DNA from: Methylorubrum extorquens
GTDB taxonomy: Bacteria > Pseudomonadota > Alphaproteobacteria > Rhizobiales > Beijerinckiaceae
Direction of reading: 5' to 3'
NCBI GenBank assembly: GCA_900234795.1
Contig: LT962688.1
Location: 4,170,001-4,202,000, forward strand
Length of the DNA: 32,000 nt
This document shows positions 1 through 7,954 of this stretch, in pieces; the stretch's first letter is position 1, and every line of letters begins with the position of its first letter. A program made the translations under genes and the position numbers. The notes below the pieces were generated by a model, which saw nothing but the letters and a program-made list of their open reading frames with translations, did no database searches and had not been told where the DNA came from.

Positions 1-117
1 CCAATGGGCCATATGCCTATTCGGATCGGCGTGCCGCGATGAAATCGTCTTGGCCGCCTGCGTGATCTCCGTGCGACGTCCAGGTGTCCGGAAAGCTTGT
101 TGAGAGCCGCTGCGTCG

Positions 118-804
118 ATGTCCAACCCCTATTGCCTCCTCGTCTGTGACGACGACGACGCCCTGCGTGAGGCATTGACGGAACAGATCGACGCCTACGA
201 CGAATTCTCCGTCATCGGCGAGCCGACGGCGACTGGGGCGCTGAACCGCGTCACGCAGGAGCCGGTCGATCTCGTGGTGATGGATGTCGCGTTGCCGGAC
301 ATGGACGGGCGCGAGGCCGTGCGGACCCTGCGCCGCAACGGCTATCGCGGCCCGATCATCATGCTGACTGCGCAGGAATCCGACGACGACATGGTCGAGG
401 GCCTCGAGGCGGGCGCCAACGATTACGTGGTCAAGCCATTCAAGTTCGCCGTGCTTCTCGCCCGCATCCGGGTGCAACTGCGCCAGCATGAGGCGAGCGA
501 GGATGCGGTGTTCCGCATCGGCCCCTACACCTTCCGGCCCGGTGCCAAGCTGCTGGTCGGGGAGCGCGGCTCCAAGCTGAAGCTCACCGAGAAGGAGACG
601 GCGATTCTGCGCTACCTCTACCGGGCGGGCCGCGAGGTGGTCGGGCGCGATACGCTGCTCGCCGAGGTGTGGGGCTACAATGCCCACGTCACCACCCACA
701 CCCTCGAAACGCACATCTACCGGCTGCGCCAGAAGATCGAGCCGAACCCGGCGGTCGCCGCGATCCTCGTCACCGAAGGCGGCGGCTACAAGCTGCTGCC
801 CTGA
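118..804 (+). CDS. OmpR/PhoB-family two-component response regulator (receiver + winged-helix DNA-binding domain)
   Basis: The ORF 97..804 translation has a receiver domain (LLVCDDDDALRE, DLVVMDVALPDMDG, KPF). It also has a C-terminal winged helix (LTEKETAILRYL, THTLETHIYRLRQKIE, GGYKL). ATG at 118 is preferred over TTG at 97. No cognate kinase lies in the window. Confidence 0.9.
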   Translation: MSNPYCLLVCDDDDALREALTEQIDAYDEFSVIGEPTATGALNRVTQEPVDLVVMDVALPDMDGREAVRTLRRNGYRGPIIMLTAQESDDDMVEGLEAGANDYVVKPFKFAVLLARIRVQLRQHEASEDAVFRIGPYTFRPGAKLLVGERGSKLKLTEKETAILRYLYRAGREVVGRDTLLAEVWGYNAHVTTHTLETHIYRLRQKIEPNPAVAAILVTEGGGYKLLP

Positions 805-990
805 GGGCCGATCCGGCACCGGTATCCACGGTCCCGCACAGCCTGCGGCCGGGCAGCGTATCGCATCGCCTCCGCATCGGTTAAGCTTGCGCCCGGATCG
901 TCAAGCATCGTCCCGAAAGGTGGTCGCCGGCTTTCGGAAGCGAGGCGATGCAAAAGGCGTAGCGTATCGCGGCCAAGGGGCGGAGAGGCG

Positions 991-1458
991 TTGGGGCTCG
1001 ACGACGACATCGCGATCCTCGCCGCGGCCCCCGTGTTCGAGCTGTTCGGGCGCGACGCCCTGCGCCTGCTCTGCTTTGCCGGCGAGCGCCGCCTCCTGGG
1101 GGAGGGCGACCTGCTGTTCGCCCGCGGCGAGCCGTCCGACGGCGGCTACGTCGTCATGTCCGGCACCATCGCCCTCGTCCCCCTGCGGTCCGGTGCGGAG
1201 CCGGTGACGGTGTCCCGCTCCGGAGTCATCGGGCGCAATGCCCTCTTCCGCCCAGTCGAGCGGCCGGCGGATGCGCGCGCGGCCGAGCCGTCCGAAGTGA
1301 TGCGCGTGACGCCCTCGGTGATGAGCCGCGTCCTGCGCGAGTTTCCCGACGCGGCGGCGGCGATCCGTGACGGCATGGCCGAGGAGCTGCGCGATCTCGT
1401 GCAGGGCCTGTCCGGCGTGCGCGAGCGGCTTGTGGGCCTCGTGCCACGCAAACGGTGA
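991..1458 (+). CDS. cyclic-nucleotide-binding (Crp-type effector) domain protein without a DNA-binding domain
   Basis: 155-aa ORF with a cNMP-binding-like beta-roll pattern (PVFELFGRDALRLLCFAGERRLLGEGDLLFARGEPSDGGYVVMSGTIAL). The start is a TTG in the ORF track, so the exact start is uncertain. Confidence 0.65.
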   Translation: MGLDDDIAILAAAPVFELFGRDALRLLCFAGERRLLGEGDLLFARGEPSDGGYVVMSGTIALVPLRSGAEPVTVSRSGVIGRNALFRPVERPADARAAEPSEVMRVTPSVMSRVLREFPDAAAAIRDGMAEELRDLVQGLSGVRERLVGLVPRKR

Positions 1459-1560
1459 CAGGACCGGGCGGCTTTTGTAAGCACGACCACCTTTTACGCT
1501 GAACGCGAGACGCCGGCCCGATCGCATCGGCCGACGTCTCTCGATCCTCGTGTCAACGTA

Positions 1561-1599
1561 CATTCTCTCGACGAACCGGTTGCCGCTTCGTCGGAATGC
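1561..1599. repeat. REP-like palindromic element, copy 1 (CATTC[TCT]CGACGAA - spacer - TTCGTCGGAATGC)
   Basis: Read directly from the intergenic DNA upstream of dapD. It has the same arm sequence as the perfect palindrome at 31640..31684. This copy carries a 3-nt bulge in the left arm. Confidence 0.6.
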
Positions 1600-1620
1600 C
1601 CTTCAGTCCGGAAAACCCCG

Positions 1621-2463
1621 ATGTCACACGCCGATCTCGAAAAGACCATCGAAGCCGCCTGGGAGGAGCGCGCCGGCATCTCGACCGCGACCACCGGCGC
1701 CGTGCGCGAGGCGGTGGACGAGGCGCTGAACCTGCTCGATTCCGGTCAGGCCCGGGTCGCCGAAAAGGCGGGCGATTCCTGGCAGGTCAACCAGTGGCTC
1801 AAGAAGGCGGTGCTGCTCTCCTTCCGCCTCAACGACATGGTGCCGATCGAGGGCGGACCCGGCTCCTCCGCGTGGTGGGACAAGGTGCCCTCGAAGTTCG
1901 CCAACTGGGGCGAGGCCGAGTTCCGCGCCGCCGGCTTCCGCGCCGTGCCGGGCTGCTTCGTGCGCCGCGGCTCCTACATCGCACCGGGCGCGGTGCTGAT
2001 GCCGAGCTTCATCAACCTCGGCGCCCATGTCGGCGAGGGCACCATGGTCGATACCTGGGTGACGATCGGCTCCTGCGCGCAGGTCGGCAAGAACTGTCAC
2101 ATCTCGGGTGGCGCCGGCATCGCCGGCGTGCTGGAGCCGCTCCAGGCCAACCCGGTCATCATCGAGGACAATTGCTTCGTCGGCGCCCGCGCCGAGGTCG
2201 CCGAGGGCGTGATCATCGGCGAGGGCTCCGTCCTGTCGATGGGCGTCTATATCGGCGCCTCGACCCGGATCATCGACCGCACCACGGGCGAGACCTTCTA
2301 CGGCCGCGTGCCGCCCTACTCCGTGGTGGTGTCGGGCACGACGCCCGGCAAGCCGCTGCCCGACGGCACCCCCGGCCCCGGCCTCTACTGCGCCGTGATC
2401 GTCAAGCGCGTCGATGCCGGCACCCGCGCCAAGACTGGGATCAACGAGCTGCTGCGGACCTGA
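1621..2463 (+). CDS. dapD: 2,3,4,5-tetrahydropyridine-2,6-dicarboxylate N-succinyltransferase
   Basis: 280-aa ORF. The N-terminus ([12 protein letters not shown]...[22 protein letters not shown]...[17 protein letters not shown]) and the hexapeptide-repeat C-terminal half are typical of alphaproteobacterial DapD. Confidence 0.95.
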   Translation: MSHADLEKTIEAAWEERAGISTATTGAVREAVDEALNLLDSGQARVAEKAGDSWQVNQWLKKAVLLSFRLNDMVPIEGGPGSSAWWDKVPSKFANWGEAEFRAAGFRAVPGCFVRRGSYIAPGAVLMPSFINLGAHVGEGTMVDTWVTIGSCAQVGKNCHISGGAGIAGVLEPLQANPVIIEDNCFVGARAEVAEGVIIGEGSVLSMGVYIGASTRIIDRTTGETFYGRVPPYSVVVSGTTPGKPLPDGTPGPGLYCAVIVKRVDAGTRAKTGINELLRT

Positions 2464-2498
2464 TGGCGTTGCACGAAGCCGCTTGAGGGATCGACTGT

Positions 2499-2529
2499 CC
2501 GCGTGCATTCATTCAAGACATGCACGCGG
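2499..2529. promoter_or_regulatory. perfect 10-bp inverted repeat (CCGCGTGCAT-N11-ATGCACGCGG) spanning the toxin start codon; candidate TA operator or translation-occluding hairpin
   Basis: Read directly from the sequence. The right arm begins with the ATG at 2520. Function is inferred from the usual autoregulation of type II TA operons. Confidence 0.4.
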
Positions 2530-2900
2530 TCGTGGAAACGCCGACTTATCTGACCGATGCGAAGGCAGCCGGCGTCAGCGACGATGAACGAGCCGCAATC
2601 GTGCTCGCCGTCGCCTCCGATCCCACGGCCGGGGATGTAATCCCTGGCACCGGTGGCGTCCGCAAGGTCAGGATTGCCGGCAAGGGCAAGGGGAAGTCCG
2701 GCGGTTATCGCGTCATCAGCTACTACGCGGCGGCCGATGTGCCGGTATTCCTGCTCGCTCTTGTCTCGAAGGGACAACGTGCGGATATCAGTCAGGCGGA
2801 GCGGAACGCGCTTCGCACCATCGTCATCACCCTCGCGGACCTGTATCGACAGGGCATTGCCGGCAGGATCCGCGAAGGTGGCTCGTCGTCGCGCGAATGA
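2520..2900 (+). CDS. RelE/HigB-2-like type II toxin (toxin-first TA arrangement)
   Basis: 126-aa ORF with the pattern GTGGVRKVRIAGKGKGKSGGYRVISYY...VFLLALVSKGQRADIS, characteristic of the COG4737/RelE-like HigB-2 family. It is followed 30 nt downstream by an HTH antitoxin. Many A/T-ending codons contrast with the neighbouring genes. Confidence 0.75.
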   Translation: MHAVVETPTYLTDAKAAGVSDDERAAIVLAVASDPTAGDVIPGTGGVRKVRIAGKGKGKSGGYRVISYYAAADVPVFLLALVSKGQRADISQAERNALRTIVITLADLYRQGIAGRIREGGSSSRE

Positions 2901-2930
2901 AGCCGCGTCTCAAGTCGGGAGAACCGGTCG

Positions 2931-3227
2931 ATGACGGATTTCGGTCAGCGTCTGATCCAAGCGGCTCAGGAAGCCGTCGCCATCGCGCGGGGCGAGGCGG
3001 AGGCGGGCAGCTACGTCCTGCATCGTCCGCTCGTGATCGACATGCGGGCGATTCGTGAGGCACTCGGACTCACCCAGGACGCGTTCGCCGCCCGCTACCG
3101 TGTGCCCCTCGAAACCGTGCGCAACTTGGAACAGGGCAGGGCGCAACCCGATCCCGCGATGCAGGCCTATCTCACGGTCATCAGCCGCGAACCCGAGATC
3201 GTGCGGCGAGCTCTGGAAACCGCGTGA
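2931..3227 (+). CDS. XRE-family helix-turn-helix antitoxin (HigA-2-like)
   Basis: 98-aa ORF with an HTH motif (IREALGLTQDAFAARYRVPLETVRNLEQGRAQPDPAMQAYLTVI). Its size and position immediately after the RelE-like ORF fit the antitoxin role. Confidence 0.8.
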   Translation: MTDFGQRLIQAAQEAVAIARGEAEAGSYVLHRPLVIDMRAIREALGLTQDAFAARYRVPLETVRNLEQGRAQPDPAMQAYLTVISREPEIVRRALETA

Positions 3228-4114
3228 GGCCGAGAGTGGAAGCAACGCACGGTCCCCTCACCACCCGGACCCTCGACCTCACCGTCGCGGGGCATCGGGT
3301 GGCGACGCCCTGTGCCGTGATCGGGGAGGGCGCCGATGCGCTGCTCCTGCCCGCCCTCTCCTCGATCTCGGCACGCGAGGAGATGCTGCCGCTCGCCCGC
3401 GAACTCAGCGCGACCTATCGCTGCCTCGTGCCCGACTGGCCGGGCTTCGGCGCGCATCCGCGGGCGCGGTTGCCGCTGAATCCGGCCAACCTCCACGCCT
3501 TCCTCGACGCGCTGCTGGCGGCCGCCCCCGGCCCCTACGCGCTCGGCGTCGCCGCGGGCCATGCCACGCCCTACCTCGTCGCGGCCGCGCGCCGCCATCC
3601 CGGTGCCTTCGCGAGGCTCGTGCTCGTGGCGCCGACCTGGCGCGGGCCGTTGCCGACCGCCATGGGGCCGGAGCGCGCCGCGTGGTTCGGCCGGATCCGC
3701 CGCGCGGTCGAGATGCCGCTCCTCGGCGAGGCGCTCTACCGGATCAACATCAGCCCGCCGATCATCGGGCGGATGATGCGCGCCCACGTCTATGCCGAAC
3801 CGGCGCATGTCACGCCGGCCGTGATCGCGGCCAAGCACCGTATCACCCGCCAGAGCCGCGGCCGGTTCGGCACGGCGGCCTTCGTGACGGGCGGCCTCGA
3901 TCCGGCCTCGTCGCGCGAGGAATTCCTGGCTTCGTTCGGCGACGGCCTGCCGCCCGTGCGGGTGCTGCGCCCGGAGAAGGCGCCCCGCCGCTCGGGCGCT
4001 GAGATGGACGCCTTGATCGGCACGGGCCGCGTCTCGGCCCTCACCGTACCGGGGGCGCTGAGTGCCCACGAGGAGTTTTTTCGCGACGTCGCCGCCGCGA
4101 TCCGGGCGCCCTGA
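3224..4114 (+). CDS. alpha/beta-fold hydrolase family protein
   Basis: 296-aa ORF with alpha/beta-hydrolase-like segments (ALLLPALSSIS..., YRCLVPDWPGFG, LGVAAGHA, LVLVAP). GTG 3224 overlaps the antitoxin stop (GTGA). An in-frame GTG at 3236 is an alternative start. Confidence 0.75.
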   Translation: MRPRVEATHGPLTTRTLDLTVAGHRVATPCAVIGEGADALLLPALSSISAREEMLPLARELSATYRCLVPDWPGFGAHPRARLPLNPANLHAFLDALLAAAPGPYALGVAAGHATPYLVAAARRHPGAFARLVLVAPTWRGPLPTAMGPERAAWFGRIRRAVEMPLLGEALYRINISPPIIGRMMRAHVYAEPAHVTPAVIAAKHRITRQSRGRFGTAAFVTGGLDPASSREEFLASFGDGLPPVRVLRPEKAPRRSGAEMDALIGTGRVSALTVPGALSAHEEFFRDVAAAIRAP

Positions 4115-4280
4115 AAACAGGCCCTGGAAAAAGCGGACCGGTCTGACAGCGGATTGGGACTGTGACGCATCCGTCGCACGTCCCTCCTAGACAGGCCGGA
4201 AGCATCAGTCCGAAACTGACGCCCGCTCCTGGCCTCCGCCACGATCCGTTCAGCCCCGGCGCCTGAAAGCTACTCCCCCG

Positions 4281-5159
4281 ATGACCCGCCCGACCCGTGC
4301 GCCGGTGCGCTTGGCCGCCCTGCTGACGCTGATCCTGGCTGCCCAGCCGCTCCAAATCGCCCCCGTCAGAGCCGAGCCGACGGCACCGGGCGGCCCGGCG
4401 ACCTCCGCCCCCTCGCTGGAGAAGGACAAGCTCGCGGCCGCGGCCCCGAAGGGCTATCTCAGCGAGGAGGCGACGCCGAATCTCGTGGCGATCCTGCCGC
4501 CGCCCCCCGCGGGCCACTCGGCGGCGGAGGCGGCGGACCGGGCGGTCTACAACGCGACCCGCGCCTTCCAGGGCAGCCCGCGCGGGGCCCTCGCCACCGA
4601 CGACGTCGCCGATGGCGGTGCCGCGCTTCTCGAGGATTATGCCTGCGTCCTCGGCCAGCGCATCGATCAGGCGAACGTGCCGGATCTGATGCGGCTCCTC
4701 GACCGGGCCCGGATCGACATCGCCCGCGCCACCCGCGTGGCCAAGCGGCGCTACCGTCGCCTGCGCCCCTTCGTCGGCAACGATTTGCCGATCTGCGTCG
4801 CCCGCACGGCCGAACTCGCCGACAGCTTCAGCTATCCCTCCGGTCATGCCAGCCAGGGATGGGCCTACGGTCTGATCATGGCGAACCTGATGCCGGAGAA
4901 GGCGACGCAGTTTCTGGTGCGAAGCCGGCTCTACGGCGAGAGCCGGGTCGTGTGCGGGGTTCACTGGCTCAGCGATATCGAGGCCGCCCGCACCGGCGCC
5001 TCGGCGCTGGTCGCCGTACTGCTCGCCGATCCCGGCTTCCGCACCGATCTGGAGCGCGCCCGGACCGACCTCAAACGCGCGCTGAGCGGGGAGGGGGCGA
5101 AGCCCGATCCCGCACTCTGTGCCCGCGAGGATGCGGCCGCGCGCCAGCCCCTGCTCTGA
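4281..5159 (+). CDS. class A non-specific acid phosphatase (PAP2 superfamily), secreted
   Basis: The N-terminal signal peptide is RLAALLTLILAAQPLQIAPVRA. All three class A signature motifs are present: KRRYRRLRP (KX6RP), YPSGHAS (PSGH) and SRVVCGVHWLSD (SRX5HX3D). Confidence 0.9.
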   Translation: MTRPTRAPVRLAALLTLILAAQPLQIAPVRAEPTAPGGPATSAPSLEKDKLAAAAPKGYLSEEATPNLVAILPPPPAGHSAAEAADRAVYNATRAFQGSPRGALATDDVADGGAALLEDYACVLGQRIDQANVPDLMRLLDRARIDIARATRVAKRRYRRLRPFVGNDLPICVARTAELADSFSYPSGHASQGWAYGLIMANLMPEKATQFLVRSRLYGESRVVCGVHWLSDIEAARTGASALVAVLLADPGFRTDLERARTDLKRALSGEGAKPDPALCAREDAAARQPLL

Positions 5160-5189
5160 AGAAGCCGGGATAGGCCCGACCCCGCCGCC

Positions 5190-6662
5190 TCACCGCTTCC
5201 AGACGCCGAGCCGCTCGGTGCGGGCGTGGTCCTCGGCCGCCGCGAGATCCGGCGTCGCCTCCGACGAGGCGCGGCCGCCGCCGTTGAACAGCACCACCTC
5301 GGAGAGGTCACGGCCCTCGACGGTGCAGATATGTGCGCTGCTGCCGGGCGCGGGCTGGCAGGTCACCGAGCGCTTGCGAAGATACTTGCTCAGCTCGTCC
5401 GACTGGCCGCCGCGAACCCACTCGACGCCGAACAGGCGCACGACCTTGCCGCCGACCCGCAATGTCGCCGTGTCGATCACCTCCGGCACGCCGACGATGG
5501 CATTGGCGCCGTTGCCCCCCTTGCGCGGCGCCTCCGGCTCGGTCGGTCGCTCGGCCGTAGTCCCCGGCGCGTCCGCGGGCGGTGCGTCGGGCGCTGGCTC
5601 CTCTGCCGCCGGGACGCGATCCGCGGCCGGTGGCGAGCCGGACGGCGCCGTCTGCGGGGCCTGCGTTTCCGCAGTCTGCTGGGCGGGGCGGCCGGATTGC
5701 TCCGTGTCGCGTCCGCTCAGGGAGAGCGCCGCGACGAGACCCGCACCGGCCAGGGCGCCGAATGCCATCAGCAGAACCGGCCGGCGGCTGCCGGCGGCGA
5801 AGGCATCCTCCGCGCGGTCGCGAATCCGGGTCACCGTCTGGCGGGGCTGAATCCCACCGGCCACGCGCCGCCAGCCGTCTCCCACGCGGGCACGCGCCTC
5901 GGCCAGGCGCTCCGCCGCGTTCGGCCCGGACTCGGCCGGATCGAGGGAGGCGCTGACCGGAGCGGGCCTCGGGCGGGCCTTCAGCCGCTCGGCGAGCCGG
6001 CTGCGCCAGCCCTCGACGGTCTCGCTCGCGGCGCTGGCGAGCGCCCGGCTGCGCTCGGCGGAGGTGCTCGCCAGGGAGCGCGCCAGCGCGGACTGCGTCT
6101 CCACGAAGCGGGCGCCCGCGGCCCGCACGTCGGCGATGGTGTCGCGGGCGGGTTCCGGCTCCGGTTCGGGGGCAGGGGGGAGAAACAGCGGTGCGTGCTG
6201 CTCACGAAGCTCATCGACGAGGTCGTGCAGGGTCAGCGGAACGCCGGCGCCCGCCTCGCCCCGCAGGCGCACCGTGCCGGTTCGGTCAACGATCCGGTAG
6301 CCGGGCACGCCGTCGGCCGGCTCGACGAAGCCCTCGGCGATCAAGGCCAGCGTCCGGCGTGCCACCGGCCGCGCGCCGCGTCGGTCGAGCTCGGCCAGGA
6401 TCAGCGCGCGGATCCGGCGGTCGTCCTCGGAGACCGGCGCCTCCGGCGGGGCCGTCGTCTCGTCCTTGCTCCGGCCTGCGGCCTTTGCCGATCCCTTCAC
6501 GCGTGCGATGCCCTGTTCTCGATCGTCGCCGGGGCGCCCCTCACGGCGGCGCCCGTCGGCTGCTTCTACAGCATGGACCGGCCGGAGTATCCGGTCGATG
6601 CGACGGCTGATCCCGGAGGATGATCGCTTGAAGCGATCATCCTGTTTCCTATCAGGCTTCAA
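5190..6662 (-). CDS. membrane-anchored protein with Pro/Ala-rich linker and C-terminal thermonuclease (SNase)-like domain
   Basis: This is the maximal 490-aa ORF with a TTG start. There is one predicted TM segment (PVLLMAFGALAGAGLVAALSL). The C-terminus (ATLRVGGKVVRLFGVEW...CTVEGRDLSEVVLFNGG...AAAEDHARTERLGVWK) resembles SNase-like proteins. The first roughly 50 codons have non-host codon usage and contain a palindrome. The true start is probably further downstream, for example GTG at 6500. Confidence 0.6.
   Translation of the reverse strand: MKPDRKQDDRFKRSSSGISRRIDRILRPVHAVEAADGRRREGRPGDDREQGIARVKGSAKAAGRSKDETTAPPEAPVSEDDRRIRALILAELDRRGARPVARRTLALIAEGFVEPADGVPGYRIVDRTGTVRLRGEAGAGVPLTLHDLVDELREQHAPLFLPPAPEPEPEPARDTIADVRAAGARFVETQSALARSLASTSAERSRALASAASETVEGWRSRLAERLKARPRPAPVSASLDPAESGPNAAERLAEARARVGDGWRRVAGGIQPRQTVTRIRDRAEDAFAAGSRRPVLLMAFGALAGAGLVAALSLSGRDTEQSGRPAQQTAETQAPQTAPSGSPPAADRVPAAEEPAPDAPPADAPGTTAERPTEPEAPRKGGNGANAIVGVPEVIDTATLRVGGKVVRLFGVEWVRGGQSDELSKYLRKRSVTCQPAPGSSAHICTVEGRDLSEVVLFNGGGRASSEATPDLAAAEDHARTERLGVWKR
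6617..6643. repeat. 27-bp palindrome AGGATGATCGCTT-G-AAGCGATCATCCT
   Basis: Read directly: 13-bp perfect arms around a single central base. It lies inside the first 15 codons of the maximal ORF 5190..6662. Confidence 0.85.
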
Positions 6663-6810
6663 TCGCCGGCGCCCGCCTCCGCGGGCTCAAGCTTCCGCTC
6701 CGCTCGATGCTTTCCGGGGCTCACGCCCCCAAAAGCCCGCTCCGCGCGGCGCTCTTCGCGCCGCGAAGCTGCTGGCGCCGCTTCAAGCGATGGATTCTGA
6801 GCTCCGGCCG

Positions 6811-7632
6811 TCAGGCCCCTGCCCGGCTCAGGACGCGGCTCGCCTCGGACACGATGACCGGTGCGCCCCCGGCAAAGCTCACCGTCAGCGTGAGTTCGGC
6901 GACACCCTGCGAACGCGCGCCGCGCGCCGGACTGGCCGCCGTGAAATCGTGGACGATGCGCACGAGACAGGTGGCGCTGGCTCCGTCGCAGGCGATCCGC
7001 GGTTCCCCGTGCGGCTCGTAGCGCCGCTCGGGCCAGCGCTGCGCAAAGCGCTGCTTCTCGGTCAGGAGCGCGTTGGTGGTCATGACACGGCCATGGAAGC
7101 GCACCGTGCTGCCGTAGAAGCGGGGCGCGGCGGACAGCATCACGCCGTTGGGCGCCGACACGCTGTCGAGATAGCCGAGGCTCAGGCGACGCGCCGCCAC
7201 GGCCCAATCGGAGAAGCGCGGATCCGGCTCGGACCGGGCCAGGCTCGGGGCCGGCGGCGGGGCAGGCAGCGGGGTCGGGCGGTGGATCCGGGCGGTGTGT
7301 CCGTAACGTTCTTCGCGCGCCCGCTCGTGGATGGCGGCCCGGCGGGCGCGGCGCATCTCAGCGGCACGGGTGCGGTCCTGGCGCTGCATGTCCCGCCGGG
7401 CGGGGGCCGGGGCGGGGGAAGGAGCGGCAGCCCGGCGCGAACGGGTCCTCGCTTCCGGTTCGACCTCGAACCGAGGAGCGGCTTTGGCCGCCGGCTTCGC
7501 CCGCTCGCCGCCGGCAGGGGCGGCGCCGGATTCGGCGGGTGGGTCGATCCAGTTCGATCCCTGCTGGGCCAGGGCGCCTCCCGCCGCGCAGGCCGAGGAG
7601 AGGAGAAGGGTCAGAAACAGCACGGGGCGCAT
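6811..7632 (-). CDS. secreted/envelope hypothetical protein (signal peptide, Pro/Ala/Arg-rich region, conserved C-terminal domain)
   Basis: 273-aa ORF with an ATG start. The signal peptide is MRPVLFLTLLLSSACAAGGALAQ. The C-terminal roughly 130 aa look like a folded domain (RFYGSTVRFHGRVMT...KQRFAQRWPERRYEP...IACDGASATCLVRIVHDF). No function can be assigned from the sequence. Confidence 0.6.
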   Translation of the reverse strand: MRPVLFLTLLLSSACAAGGALAQQGSNWIDPPAESGAAPAGGERAKPAAKAAPRFEVEPEARTRSRRAAAPSPAPAPARRDMQRQDRTRAAEMRRARRAAIHERAREERYGHTARIHRPTPLPAPPPAPSLARSEPDPRFSDWAVAARRLSLGYLDSVSAPNGVMLSAAPRFYGSTVRFHGRVMTTNALLTEKQRFAQRWPERRYEPHGEPRIACDGASATCLVRIVHDFTAASPARGARSQGVAELTLTVSFAGGAPVIVSEASRVLSRAGA

Positions 7633-7902
7633 GACGGGACCGATCGGGCGAGCAGGCCTGAAGATGCCTCGCGGAAGGTCGGGTCACCGTCGGCGCTCAC
7701 CTCGGATGGGTGACGGCGGCCGGCACTCCGCGGAAGGCGGTCGGTGAGACGGAACGCGTGGCGGCACCGCTACGGTTCCACGCCTTCCTGCCACCGGGTC
7801 CGTGCCTACACCGAGTCGGGCCCCCATGCGACCGGTGCCGGCCCCAGAAGGCCCGTTACCCCCGCTGTCCAAGCTTCCCGCGTCAGAGCCCACGAAGCCG
7901 CG

Positions 7903-7954
7903 CTCTTGCCATGCGCCCTTGCCCCGCACTCTTGCCTCGGACTCTTGCCATCGC
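7903..7954. repeat. four direct repeats of CYCTTGCC phased exactly 13 bp apart
   Basis: The units read directly are CTCTTGCCATGCG (7903), CCCTTGCCCCGCA (7916), CTCTTGCCTCGGA (7929) and CTCTTGCCATCGC (7942). They lie in the non-coding gap 7633..8209. Confidence 0.75.

Noticed and set aside
7903-7954. Phased repeats as a possible CRISPR array
   Set aside because: The units are 13 bp with 5-nt spacers, far too short for CRISPR. There are no cas genes either.
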